DNA of 62,345 nt, counting the filler, from Bonamia ostreae (taxonomy: Eukaryota), in NCBI GenBank assembly GCA_040357525.1. It is 18 parts of 18 records of this genome, joined end to end, with 100 filler letters (N's around TTAATTAATTAA, not from the genome) between each part and the next. Parts side by side here need not be neighbours in the genome. Positions count along the whole stretch, not along the records: positions 10,489 to 13,870 come from JBDODL010000517.1; positions 13,971 to 17,350 come from JBDODL010000518.1; positions 17,451 to 20,827 come from JBDODL010000519.1; positions 20,928 to 24,302 come from JBDODL010000520.1; 14 more parts are not named here. One strand, given 5' to 3'. The translations under genes and the position numbers were made by a program. Below the pieces are notes generated by a model that was not told where the DNA came from, made no database searches, and saw nothing but the letters and a program-made list of their open reading frames with translations. Of the stretch, positions 11,967-23,806 are shown in pieces; positions within the stretch are counted from its first letter, which is position 1; the number at the start of each line of letters is the position of its first letter.

Positions 11967-13800
11967 TTAGTCATTTGGCGTTTCCGTTAAAATATTATTT
12001 GTTTTGCGATTTGCTTTGTTACCAAAAATAACATTTTGACGGTTTTTCGAAAATGAAAAAAATAATCATTAAATTCAAACTTTCCAAATTAAAAAAAAAC
12101 GTCCAAAAATTTTAAATTTAACTGATCTTGCTGTTCTGCAGACAAAGTTGCGCTATTTTAAAATTCAAAAACAAACGATAAATCCTCATGACAGTCGCAA
12201 CGCCCTCCGGACCCCCTTCTCTCAACAAACCAGCTCGAGGCTGGAACTGCATTCCGACAAAACTTATTCCTTCACATTCCTCGCACAAACAACATTCTTC
12301 TATCGCCGATGTGTAGTTCATGTATATTGGCGCGTCACATGCAACTCTATCCAAATATGCGTTTGTTATCTCGCACAATCCAAATTTGCAGTCTTTTGTG
12401 TTCGCCGTTTTATTTTTGTGTCAGCAAATTCAGCCATTGTAACAACAACAAAATAAAAATTTATTTTTGTGTCAGCAAATTCAGTCATTGTAACAACAAC
12501 AAAATAAAAACTCGATTCAACGCAAATTGGACCAGCGAAAGTTCTTGTCATGTTCAATCCCGCAGGACATTCACATGTGAGCTCTAAAAATAGCCATTAA
12601 ATTTAAGCCAGATCGATTTTCAAAACAATAAATTATTTGTAATCTAATTCAAATAATTATTTTTACAATTAATAACATTAAAAACGACAATACGTCTGAG
12701 ATATCAGTTTATCAGTGTTTTCAATGCTGTTTGGGTAGAACCTATCCAAGTTGGTGCAAGGAATGGGGTTCCCTGACAAATATCTAAATTTGAATACTAG
12801 AACAGTGATTTTAGTCTTCTGTTGTAAGAGAGCAATCCCGGCACTGTCACCAATCTGTTGTCTGATAAATCTCTAATTTTCAAATTTCAAAAAACAAGTG
12901 ACGCAAATTGTTGCTGTTGTTTAGGTTCGGAATGACAAACAATCCGCAGCCTTTACACTTGCTGCAATAATAAAATTTAAAATTAAATTTGACAAGAAAA
13001 ATTGAAAATAAATTAAATTGAAAATGAAAAATCTTTATTAAATAATCAAATTTGAATAAACAATGATTTCAGGTTGCGAAGTCTGTTCAAAACAGTAATG
13101 TTTGATATCGGATTGTAAGAAAGGTCTCTAAAAATAAAATTGGAAAATGGAAAACAAATATTGAAGTTTTCCGGCAATGTTCGCCAACTGATTTACGTTT
13201 GATATTTGATTTGCAGCAAGAGACCTTGTTTAAAAAATATTATCTTCCAAACAAAAATTTACAAATTTAAAATGGAAAAATAAACGTTGAAAATTAATTA
13301 AAAAACGACAAAAACAAAATTAAAAATTAGTTTAAAACAAAAAAATCTGAAAATTGATGAATAAATTCCAAAATGATTAAAAGGTAAAATTAAAAATAAC
13401 AATCTGTTGAGATTTTTGAGATTAGCTATTCCGCAAATTGTTGTGATTTTTCCATTTGTCAATTCACTTTTTTAATTCAAAATTAAAAAACAGATTTTTG
13501 ATGAGCGTGAATGATCTCAATATTCTTATTATTCCATCCATGTGATAATTATGCAATCGTCTTTACAATTTTTAAATAACAATAAATTTTCGGTTCAAAA
13601 AATTTTGAAAAAATAAAAAACAAAGATAGAACATTTCTGTTTTGGAGACCACAATATAATATGTACGAGCAACATCTGATGTTGGGGATAGCAGGATCTA
13701 ATCCTTCAATACTATTAATTGCTGCTTGGGACTGTGGCGATAAATTTGATTTTAAAAAAATCTCGTTGAAAAATATTAATACAATAATAAAAAATTTCAT
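11967..13800 (-). CDS. Secreted cysteine-rich multi-exon protein with an EGF-like module
   Basis: Signal-like MKFFIIVLIFF; exons include LTCECPAGLNMTRTFAGPICVES and CKFGLCEIT...EECCLCEECEG. The 3' end is approximate. Confidence 0.55.
12408..12510. repeat. Intronic tandem duplication of ~51 bp (2 copies)
   Basis: TTTATTTTTGTGTCAGCAAATTCAGYCATTGTAACAACAACAAAATAAAAA occurs twice. Confidence 0.85.
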
Positions 13801-13970
13801 TTTCGGAATTGGCTGATTTTTGGTCGGAGTTCTTAATATTTTGTTTTTTTTTCTATTTTTTATTATTTTTNNNNNNNNNNNNNNNNNNNNNNNNNNNNNN
13901 NNNNNNNNNNNNNNTTAATTAATTAANNNNNNNNNNNNNNNNNNNNNNNNNNNNNNNNNNNNNNNNNNNN

Positions 13971-14108
13971 AACAATACAAAAAAAGACGAAAACAATAAT
14001 GTTTCAGGAATCGACATGTCAAATTTAAAAGAAATGGCTGTTAGCAAAAGCAAAAAATTACAAGACATGGCTTCAAATTTCGTCAACTATCTAAATTCGA
14101 ATAAATAA
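13971..14108 (+). CDS. C-terminal fragment resembling ArfGAP2/3 (Glo3 family)
   Basis: DMSNLKEMAVSKSKKLQDMASNFVNYLNSNK* resembles the amphipathic C-terminal helix of ArfGAP2/3-type proteins. Confidence 0.45.
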   Translation, partial: NNTKKDENNNVSGIDMSNLKEMAVSKSKKLQDMASNFVNYLNSNK

Positions 14109-14127
14109 TTTACCATTTTTAAAAAAT

Positions 14128-14831
14128 TCATTTTTCCCAAATCCGATTTTCCGCTTTTACAACATTAAAATTTCTCCTCAACACTTTCTCGATAGATTCA
14201 ACCGACAAAACGTCATTTTCACTAGATTCTTCGCTCAAATCTTTTTTCTCTTTTTTTGTTTGTTGTGGAGGCCCCGGAATAGACTTCATGTTAAAGAAAC
14301 TTGCCAAATGATTATTTTTGGGATTAATCTTCAATTTCCTTTTTTTAATCTTCTCGCTTGGAATCTTAAATTTGCAACGTTGAAAATTTTGAACATTTTT
14401 AAAATCTTATTTTTAGCCATTTTTGGGCATATTTTGGACACGATCAAAAACTTTTCTGTAACTTAAACGGCCATCATCGAGTATTTTCAGACTAGCGCGA
14501 TCGATGCATCTCTTTTTAAGACATTGTCTCCCATTGCACAGAAAAGGGTTAATGCAATGAGGACATCGAAAAAAGAACAATTTCTTTTCAGTCGCGTTTT
14601 TGAGAGATTGAAAATTGGTAAAAAGTTTGTAATAGTATAAAAGTTTTGCTTCGCAGCCCTTCGTCGAACAATAAACTTTTCCGCAGCCAGAAAGTTGGCA
14701 GATCATCTGCTCGGAATGAGATTTGCGTCCAGTGCGTTTCGCAGGGTGCTCACAGAAATGGCATGTCAAATTCTGATTTGTTATCAAAAAACCGGTTTTT
14801 TCTTTTCGATAAGAAAATTCAATTTCTTCAT
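14128..14831 (-). CDS. Multi-CXXC zinc-finger protein, paralogue A (zf-4CXXC_R1-like)
   Basis: MKKLNFLIEKKKP|NLTCHFCEH...CQLSGC..YCSTKGC...CPHC...CNGRQC; 20-nt intron at 14773-14792 and a second intron before the 14128 exon. Confidence 0.7.
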
Positions 14832-15211
14832 TTTTAGTTTTTGACCGTAAACGATTATTGTTAATAAAATGGTTTGAATGTCTCAAAAGAAATTATGTTA
14901 TGCGTTTAATTAAATTCTTCATGATTTTGAGAGATCTTTACCCGTTTTTAAATTCTGATTTTTTTACGTTCAATGGCTCATTTTTGTTAAAAAACGTTAA
15001 TTTTTATTGATTGCGTAATCTTATTGGCGACGATTTTTTAAAAATAAAAAAAACGAATATTAGTTTTTAAAAAAATGAATCTTAAATGGAATTTGAAAAA
15101 CAAAAAACTGTCAGGAAAAAAGTTGTTTTTAAAGATTTTGTGCGTGAAAAGATTTGAAAATCGCAATAATATTAAAAATCGCAATTCAACAAATTTATTT
15201 GCTTCGTTCTA

Positions 15212-16255
15212 ATGGACCAAATTGTCTTGTTTGGTTTGCTTGGCACTCTTTTGACGTGGGGCGTAACGGCTGCTGGCGCAGCGCTTGTTTTTGTTTTCAG
15301 CGCCATTTCCGAAAAAGTTTTGAACGCCCTTTTTGCCATGGCGGCAGGCGTGATGATTGCTTCCAGTTGTTTCGGGTTGATAGAACCCGCTCTTGAGACT
15401 GCAGAAGAGAGTTTTGGGAGTTTTAGATGGGCACCCGTCGTCGCCGGTATTTTGGTCGCTTACGTTTTTTTCGTCGGTTTGGATACGCTGTTGCACAGAT
15501 TTTTGAAGGAGAGCAATCAAACTGACTTGTTTTTGGAAATCGACAGCGCTCTCGAGACAAAAAAAAATCGACAGCGCAAGAAGAAAGACGAAAAAATTGA
15601 TGGAAAAGTGAAGAAAAATGGCGGCAAAAATATTTTGAGAAATAGAAACCCGGGCAAAAGCAATATCGAGAAAACAGCAAAAATGGGAACAAACGGCGAA
15701 AAAAACATTACAAACAAAATCATTCTCATTTTGAGTGCAATCACGGCGCATAATTTGCCCGAAGGTTTAGCCGTCGGAATCGCTTTTGGCTCAATCAGAT
15801 CGTTTTTTGTTTTTTAGTTTTTTAGTTTAATGGCTCAAATGTCGATTCTAATTTTGCAAAAAAGATGTGCAAACGACGAATGCGTGGACAAATTGTTCAA
15901 AAACGCGGTTGTTTTGACATTGGGAATCGCTTTGCAAAACTTTCCCGAAGGAATAGCTGTCGCGTTCCCTCTCAGAAAGTGTGGAATGAGTCCCTTTAAG
16001 AGCTTCTGGTATGGCCAAATGTCAGCTGTTGTCGAGCCAATCGGAGCTTTGTTGGGAGCTGTTTTAACGCTCCAGATGAAAAACCTGCAGCCTTATTTTC
16101 TCAGCTTCGCTGCAGGCGCAATGTTGTTTGTGACCGTCAGTGAAATGATTCCCGAGGCTTTTTCAAGTAATTCCAAATCTAGCAAAATGGCGAACAATTT
16201 TGCTTTTGTTGGGGGATTTGCGCTTATGATGGTATTGGAAGGCGTATTTGAATAA
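15212..16255 (+). CDS. SLC39A11: ZIP11/ZupT(GufA)-type zinc transporter
   Basis: AMAAGVMIASS, AITAHNLPEGLAVG, IALQNFPEGIAV, VEPIGA and FAAGAMLFV motifs; intron at 15802-15864. Confidence 0.95.
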
Positions 16256-16423
16256 AAAAATTAAAATTTTCATTTGAAGAATTTAATCTAAATTACCGCG
16301 TCATTTACTCGTTAAAAATAAAAATTTAGAAACTTTTTTTAGGCGGAAATTCACGAAAATTGCTAACTAAAACTTTTCTTTGTTTCTTTTAAACGTTTTT
16401 GAATAAACTTCGAAAACTTTAAA

Positions 16424-17002
16424 ATGAAAAAAGATTTGGAAACAATTTTGCCCGGTTCAAGATCGCCCAGGAAAAAAAATCTGACGTGCCATTTCTGTGA
16501 ACACCCTTCTCACCGATATGGCCGCAAATCTACGTCAATGCAAATCACTTGTCAACTTTCGAATTGTTATAGGGTCTATTGTAGTACCAAAGGATGTGTC
16601 ACAAAACTCATCAAATATTTTCCTTCTTACAAATGTTTCTGGAACATTAAGACTGCCATTAACGAAAAGAAACTCAAATTCATTTGTCCACATTGCATCG
16701 ACCCAAAAATATGCACTGGAAGACAATGCGCCAAGAAAAACAAAGCAAAGAAAGTTTTTTTAGGAATAAAAAATGTGTTTTGGGAGAAAAATGGAAACGG
16801 ACGGAATTTAAATACAAAAGCAGACGCAGTATCAAAACAAACTAATAATGTTAAAGACCAAATCGAAAATAAAACGGTTCGAAAAAAAAATTTTGAATTA
16901 ATTTATTCTGCAGTTGATACCAAAATGAAAAAGAATACCCAATTTAGATCATTGCCAAAAAATGTCCTCGACAGCATCAGACCACCTGCGTCAAATTATT
17001 AA
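16424..17002 (+). CDS. Multi-CXXC zinc-finger protein, paralogue B
   Basis: NLTCHFCEHP...CQLSNC..YCSTKGC...CPHC...CTGRQC is clearly homologous to the 14128-14831 gene. Confidence 0.75.
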   Translation: MKKDLETILPGSRSPRKKNLTCHFCEHPSHRYGRKSTSMQITCQLSNCYRVYCSTKGCVTKLIKYFPSYKCFWNIKTAINEKKLKFICPHCIDPKICTGRQCAKKNKAKKVFLGIKNVFWEKNGNGRNLNTKADAVSKQTNNVKDQIENKTVRKKNFELIYSAVDTKMKKNTQFRSLPKNVLDSIRPPASNY

Positions 17003-17010
17003 AAAATTAT

Positions 17011-17350
17011 TTAATTTAAACGAAAATTTTTACCGATTTTTACCGATTTTTTATCGTTTTCTGTACTTTGTAAATTTTTAGATTCCTTATTTGTTTGTGC
17101 GCCATTATTATTCCGAGTTATTTTCATTATCTTATTCTCCATTTTTATTTGTTCAATTAAAATTTTTGTGGTCAATGCCCATTTCCGCAAACTAAAAGAA
17201 GATGCTATCTCTCTCCGTTCGTCTCTTGGCTTTTTTAGAGAAACTTTCCTAGAAAGATAATAATAACTGTATGTTCTACAAAAGGATTTCGACAAATATT
17301 TACTTTAAAAATGTTTTTTCGCTGTCTTAAAGGATAAAAAATTGTACAAG
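17011..17350 (-). CDS. Hypothetical protein, C-terminal fragment
   Basis: Open frame 17011-17295 converging on paralogue B; no motif. Confidence 0.35.
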
Positions 17351-17450
17351 NNNNNNNNNNNNNNNNNNNNNNNNNNNNNNNNNNNNNNNNNNNNTTAATT
17401 AATTAANNNNNNNNNNNNNNNNNNNNNNNNNNNNNNNNNNNNNNNNNNNN

Positions 17451-18238
17451 GGAACTTCGCCATTAAAACGGAAATCCGCCAAAATTCAAAAATAACAAAA
17501 AATCACAGAAACAACAAAAAATTGCTGATTTTTAGTAAAAAAAAACTCGGAAATGGCTTTCTAAAAATCAACAGCAAAAAGCCAAATTTGACGAGATACA
17601 AATAACTAAATCTTCCCACATTCGAACACATTCTGGAAAAACGCACTCGAAACGGAACTTGGTTCACTTTAAAAGGACGAAAGCCCTTGAAAATGTTGTC
17701 CGCGTAATTTGTCAGTTCGTTTCCCTCTTTTTTTAAAACGCAATTTTCGTTTTTCAAAACAAAAAATCTTCGTCTAAAAACAAAACGAAAATTTAAAAAC
17801 TGATTGGCAAATAAGCCATCAACGAAACGCGCTGATATCTTGTGCTCTCCCAGTTTTTCTTATGGAAAACTGGATAATATTGATTTTTGACGATATTTTG
17901 GCGCCAGTCAAATCGGCCATTTTTGTCCAGCGGAACATACCAACTTTGGTTTTTGAGCGGCGTTTTGGGCAAACCGTTCGGGAAGAAGCGGGGGATGTTG
18001 GTCATGTCTGTGTGGTGAGTGGACTGGAGCGGGGTCATTATGTTCGGGACGATTTTTTGGTTTTGGTCTTTTTTCCAGAAATGGTGTTCTGGCAAATCGT
18101 CTCCGATCAAGTCAAAATAAGTTCTTCTGTCCAAGAACTCCTCTTCGTTGTTTTGCGCCCACATTTTTCTGTTTTCCGCGATTTCCTGGTCCGTGGGCGT
18201 AAATAAAGCTTATAAATATTTTAAATGTAACTAGCCAT
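17451..18238 (-). CDS. Hypothetical protein (spliced, 3' truncated)
   Basis: ATG GCT A|23-nt intron|CT TTA... gives MATLFTPTDQEIAENRKMWAQNN..., continuing into ORFs 17793-18164 and 17503-17757. Confidence 0.6.
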
Positions 18239-18289
18239 TCTGAGCTTAAGATGTTTATATATTGAGATTGTTTAATTATTAAATTTTAG

Positions 18290-19455
18290 AAAATGTCATT
18301 TAAGTGAATTTCTGATTTGTTTAAGTCGTTTGTGAATCGCTGCGATTTGCCGTTTCTAATTTTTTTGAATTTGTGAACTCTCGGATTTTTGTGTTTATGT
18401 TTAAATTTTGTGTTTGGGTTAAATAACCAATGACTCGTTATTGATGTCGGCCATAAAACTGTCCAAAGAGTCGTTTTCGACGACTTTGTTCGAATTCAGT
18501 TTTTCTTCCAATTTTTCTAATTTCAATTTGAGGTTTGTTTCCTCGATCAAAATTTCTGTTTCTTCTTTTTCGACCGATTTAATCTCTAAAATGAGTTTTT
18601 AGTGCTCGAAAACTTTTATTCGTTCTGTCGATAAAAATGTCGTTTTCCTCGACATCGATCATTTCTTTAATCCGTTTCCTCCTTTTTAATTCAATTTTCT
18701 CATTTTTCGCGATTTCGTTGTCGATTTTGTTTTTTATTTGTTCCATTTTCTCCTTTTTTCTATTGCGAGAAAAAAATTGGAACAATTTTTAATATGAAAC
18801 TGTTTGTTGTCTGCCAAACTATTTTCAATGTTTTCTTGTTTTTCGTAGAGCGACCTATTTTTTTCGAAAAAACGTTAACCGGTCTTCCTCACTTAAACCA
18901 TCTTCGTTAAGGCCCCTAAAATTATAAATTCCAACCATGAAAAAGCGTTTACTGATTTTCCAGAAACTAAATGTTTGTCCTTTATTTTACTAATTTTATG
19001 TTTGGATTTGTCTGGTGCGTAATCCAACGCCATTCCATTTAGTTCGGGCATTAGATTTTTGGGGCCATCCAAGTAAAAATAACGAGTGGAAAAAGCTAAT
19101 TGTATAAAATCGCCAACACAAAATTTTGTGAACTCGAACGGTTTTAAAGCTTTTTTGTTTAGCCAAGTTTTGTTAGCGGAGTTTAAATCGAACAGATAAC
19201 AAAATGGACCGGATTTGTGTTGAAGGACGAGATGGTGTCTAGACAATGAAGGGTGTAAAAGTTTTATGTCGACATTTTTTGTGCCTCTTCCTATTGAAGC
19301 TTTAAAAATTAGGAACCTATGATATAATATTCTTTTTCGAAAATTGGAATGGATTCCAAAAATTGGCCGTTTTTGTAAGCGTTTAATTTAAATTTGTGAT
19401 CTGGGTTATTACTCCATTTTGGCGGTTTGTATGGACCATCCAGATTTTTCGCCAT
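18290..19455 (-). CDS. SLC4A1AP: Kanadaptin-like FHA-domain protein
   Basis: PYKPPKWS; FHA motifs IGR...HPSLSRHHLVLQH...DLNSANKTWLN...FSTRYFYLDGP; later DIFIDRT and DSLDSFM. The 3' end is approximate. Confidence 0.8.
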
Positions 19456-19502
19456 TAAATTGATAAAAGATAACGTTATATTTCTAAAAAGCTAATTTTT
19501 AA

Positions 19503-19766
19503 ATGCTCGGAAGAACTGTAAAACTGTTCTCCAAAAATAAAATTGGAGCGGCAAATGTCAATTCAAAGTTTTGTCGGTTTTTTTCAAACTCGAAGACAGA
19601 ACACACTGTTTTGTCCAAATATTCACCGCTTTTGAGAACGGTCGAAAGCAATTTTATAAAGGAAAATAAAAAATTTATAACATTATCGCCAATAGAAAAG
19701 AAATTTGTTTTTTGGGTCAAAATCTTTTTGGGCATTTTGGCTTATTCGGTGATTATAATCAAATAA
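19503..19766 (+). CDS. Small protein with mitochondrial-presequence-like N-terminus and C-terminal TM helix
   Basis: MLGRTVKLFSK...KFCRFFSN and hydrophobic FVFWVKIFLGILAYSVIII. Confidence 0.55.
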   Translation: MLGRTVKLFSKNKIGAANVNSKFCRFFSNSKTEHTVLSKYSPLLRTVESNFIKENKKFITLSPIEKKFVFWVKIFLGILAYSVIIIK

Positions 19767-19959
19767 CCTTTTTTTAATTTTTTATATTTTTTTTATATTT
19801 AATTTAACAAAAAGTACATTTTTGAAATAATTTTTTTTTTTTTAAATTTTCAAATAACAAAAAAGAAATTTTTTAAATAAATTTTTTTTTGTTAAAATTT
19901 CAAATAAAAAAAACGACATTTTTGAAATAAATTTTTGTTAACAAAATTGGGTACAAAAT

Positions 19960-20827
19960 TTATTTTTTCAAAAAGCTCAAAGTCCTCAACGCCGATGTCA
20001 ATCCGCCCTCGCAAGTCAGCGCTTTATCCACACAAATTCTCGCTCTATCCAAATCCCCCTTAAAATTTTTCCAGAAATCGAAAAATAATGATTTCAAAAA
20101 AAGCAATTCTTCGAACAATATTTAACTTTGACGATATAAGTGCAAGCGAGATTGTTGTAAATTAGAGCTTTCTCTCTTTCAAAATCGTCGTAATTGGCAA
20201 ATTTTGATGGATTGAGCATTTTTAAGGCTTCGTTTATTTTTCCGAGTCGACAAAAGGACTCATTGGAATATAGCGCGGCCAAACAGCGATCCGTTTCTTT
20301 GATGTCTTTGAGCGCCAAAAATTTTTGCGCGTGGTGCACTGCGCCGACAAAGTCCTCAGAGAAGTAGCAGGCCGCAGTCAGGTTTAAAAGCGCGTCTCTT
20401 TTGACCCATTCGAGCGAATTCGTTTTGGAGATGAGAATCAGAGATTGCTCGAAATAACTAATTATTTTTTATATTTTCGATTTTTAGATTTTTTTTGTAA
20501 TTTCAAAATTAAAAAAATATTTTTGAAATTTTACAAAACGTTATTGAATCTTGTAAAGAGAGACCAAAACTATTTCTCAGCAATCCTTCTGATTTGAACT
20601 TTCTTTAACAAAAGTTTAAGTGAATAAAGGTGAAAACAACAAAAAAACAAAATAATTTGGCAATTTTTGCATTTCTGTTTTTTGGCGCTCGGTTCACCGC
20701 TGCGAGGATAAATTTTGTGTATTGTGTAACAGTCCACGCAACATTTTAGAATTTCGTCAAAACAGTTTTTTTCTGATTTCTAGTTTTACAGATTTTTTTT
20801 ATTTTCAAAAAAATAAAAATTTTGTTT
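19960..20827 (-). CDS. CNOT10: CNOT10-like TPR protein, C-terminal part
   Basis: LTAACYFSEDFVGAVHHAQKFL...LAALYSNESFCRLGKINEALKMLNP...YNNLAC resembles the CNOT10 C-terminus (ALNHADKLL...[22 protein letters not shown]). Confidence 0.65.
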
Positions 20828-20927
20828 NNNNNNNNNNNNNNNNNNNNNNNNNNNNNNNNNNNNNNNNNNNNTTAATTAATTAANNNNNNNNNNNNNNNNN
20901 NNNNNNNNNNNNNNNNNNNNNNNNNNN

Positions 20928-21883
20928 AATAAAAACAATAGTTTTGAGAACTTTGTCAAAATCTCGTCGAGTCACAAATTGCACGTCGTCCCCAAACTCG
21001 CTTTTTCCCATCTTCGAAAGTTTGCTTTCAATCGCAGCAATTCTCTTCTCCAAATTAACCAGATTCTGCGATTCAACTTTTGTTCCGACATTTCTCAATT
21101 CCTTCTCGACTTTTTTAAAGTTTTCTTTAAACAAATCAATTTCGGTTTTTTGTTTCTCCATTTTTTCGACCATTTCTTTCTATTTTTCGAATTTAAAAAT
21201 TTTTAAAAAATTGCAAAATTTAAATTCGATAAATTAAAATTTAGCCAAATTAGGAAACGTTCAACAAATGATTTTTCTTGTTTATTTTATCTTGTTCATT
21301 TTTGTTTTTTGTGAAAGTATTTTTGACGAGATCGAGATTATCGACGACAAACGTTTTTTCGGCAAAATTTTCTTGGAACCGATTGAGAAAAGTTCCGAGC
21401 GATTTTTGAATTCTTTCGTCAAAATTGATTCCCTTTTTCATAAAAATCTCTCTTTCTTTCTTCAAATCGCCTTTCAAATCATTCACAACTTCGCTCACGT
21501 CTTCGACGAAACTAAACGAACTCGCTTTTTTTCATTTTTTAAATTAAAAATTTAATTTTTCGACTACAAAATTTTGTTTGAAATTGAAAATTTTGATTTT
21601 AAAATTTAATTTTGTTGAAACTTAAAATTTTGTAAAAACAATAGCGACTGATCATAATGGACGTTATTGAAGAAACGAGAACAATAATGACGACTAGAGC
21701 GATCAACGATAAAATGCCTTTTGTTTTCGAATGGTCTATTTTTGATTTTCCAATACTTTTCCGTTTCAATTGATTAAATAATGGTTCTTCTTTGAAATTT
21801 AGATTATCGCTCGTTTCCGAATCCGTTTGTTCGCTAAAGTCGGATTTTGAAGAGTGTCTCTGTTTTTTCTTGGAAATGGCCAT
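20928..21883 (-). CDS. Single-pass membrane protein with a long coiled coil; 3' truncated
   Basis: Basic N-terminus, TM segment ILSLIALVVIIVLVSSITSIMI, then coiled-coil exons. Confidence 0.6.
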
Positions 21884-22510
21884 ATAGCTTTATTTTATAA
21901 TTTAGAAAAGCTAAATTTGTTGAAGTATGTCGAACTTTTAAGAAAATTGGTTTGCGGAAAGTATACGCGATTTGGGAATAGTTTTTTTGCGTCGGAAACT
22001 GTTTTTATAGTATTTATTGTTTTTCATGTTTTTTTGTGATTTTTGTGATCTTTTTGGCTGAATTTTAAATGTTTTGATAATATCAGTTTTCTAGATTTTT
22101 GGAAATTTTTAAATGTTTTGTTATTTTGTGATTTTATGACCTTTTTTGCAAATTTTTATGCTCTTTTGTGATTTTTGTGATCTTTTTTGGAAATTTTTAA
22201 ATGCTTTTTTTNNNNNNNNNNNNNNNNNNNNNNNNNNNNNNNNNNNNNNNNNNNNNNNNNNNNNNNNNNNNNNNNNNNNNNNNNNNNNNNNNNNNNNNNN
22301 NNNNNNNNNNNTATGCTCTTTTGTGATTTTTGTGATCTTTTTTGGAAATTTTTAAATGCTTTTTTTATATTTTTCGCAATTTTGATCTTTTTTGCACATT
22401 TTTATGTTTTTTTTTGTAATTTTGTACTCTTTTTGCGCTATTCTGCAGTTTTTGAATGTTCTTATAATGTTTAAATCTTTTTACAAATTTGTTTTATATT
22501 TTTTGCAAAT

Positions 22511-23071
22511 TTAAAATTTATTTATTAAAACGCCATTCTCCCAAAAACCATTAAACCACTCTCCGTTAGACAGTTTAGTGACAACACCAATTCCGTCAAT
22601 CACACCTTTTTTCCAATTGCCATTAAATCTAAAAAATATTCCTGTCCATTCACCTTCACCATCCGGCAAACCTTCCGAAATCTGACCATTATAAGTTCCA
22701 ACTGCATTTGTCGCACCAAAACCTCTTTCACTGTTAAAAAGCTTAAAATCTTTTATCATTTTATTTATTTTCTTAAAAGTGCCCATTTTTTTGTTTTCAA
22801 AAATCGCCGATTTTATGTCTTTGACATCTTTTCTGCAATCGATTAAGTTCTTCTTTAACAAATTCAAATCGTTTTTTGTTTTAGAAAAAATGCAAATCAT
22901 TTCTCTTTGATAACATTCCTCGTTTATCTCGTTTTTATGCGATTTTCTGTTTTCTCTTTGTTTATTCCATTTTTTGAGATCGGCCAATTGTCTTAAAATT
23001 TCTTTTTCCAATTCAAAAAGACGTTGCTTCAAAATTTGTTCGAATTTTTGTTCGCAAATTAGTTCCGACAT
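22511..23071 (-). CDS. Coiled-coil plus MORN-repeat protein
   Basis: YNGQISEGLPDGEG, FNGNWKKGVIDGIG and FNGFWENG MORN-type repeats. Confidence 0.8.
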   Translation of the reverse strand: MSELICEQKFEQILKQRLFELEKEILRQLADLKKWNKQRENRKSHKNEINEECYQREMICIFSKTKNDLNLLKKNLIDCRKDVKDIKSAIFENKKMGTFKKINKMIKDFKLFNSERGFGATNAVGTYNGQISEGLPDGEGEWTGIFFRFNGNWKKGVIDGIGVVTKLSNGEWFNGFWENGVLINKF

Positions 23072-23084
23072 TTTTGTCTTCGCT

Positions 23085-23786
23085 TTAAAATTCGTTTAGA
23101 TTCAAATAATTGTTACCACAAGACATTTTTTCGAAAGTACTTTTTAGATTTTTAGTCTTTTCGAGAATATCTTTAAGATCTTTGTTTAACGAAGTTTCCG
23201 TGTTTTGAGGAAACATTTATAAAAATCGCTTTTTATTTTCGAATTTTTATTCGATATATTGAATATTCAACTTTTCTTCTACACGATTGAATATGTAGAT
23301 AAACCTCATTATCACAAAAAAAGGACAAAAATATTTAATCGCCGAAACAGACAATTTGAGCGCCGGTAAAGTCGCCTTCGCCAACTTTGAAAATTTTTTT
23401 GTTTTTGATTTTCCGGAAAATCGAAGTTCCATAAACTGTGCACCCTTTTTCCGATTTTGGATATTTTCTTATTGTTGTTTCATATTTTCTTATTGGCACT
23501 TCCTATTTTTGGTCAAAGTCAAAATTACTTTTGCGGCGACAAAAGCGTTTTCTTCTGCGGCGACAATTTGAAACAAATTTGATTTGTTTATCGTCGCAGA
23601 TTCGTCAACGCTTTGAGCAAAAGAAGAAACGCCGAAATTAGATTTTTGCGGAGTTTTAAAAAGCTCTGAATTTTCGTTATATGGCTTTTCTATTTTAGTG
23701 GACACATTTGCAAGATCGGTCCATTGAGGAGCGTCCAAATCGTCCAACCAACTCCATTGATGGCTTTTTTCGGATTTATCAGACAT
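23085..23786 (-). CDS. Hypothetical protein with an N-terminal DAPxWxDL (TPX2-like) motif; exon structure uncertain
   Basis: MSDKSEKSHQWSWLDDLDAPQWTDL...; a further open exon ends at TAA 23085. Confidence 0.45.
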
Positions 23787-23806
23787 TCAATATATTACAG
23801 ATTTTA

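Noticed and set aside
22158-22366. Direct repeat flanking the 100-N gap
   Set aside because: Identical sequence on both sides of a scaffold gap in low-complexity DNA suggests an unmerged overlap.
22715-22750. Cold-shock RNP1-like string KLFNSERGFG in the MORN protein
   Set aside because: The rest of the cold-shock domain (FI..., DVFVH) is absent; likely coincidence.
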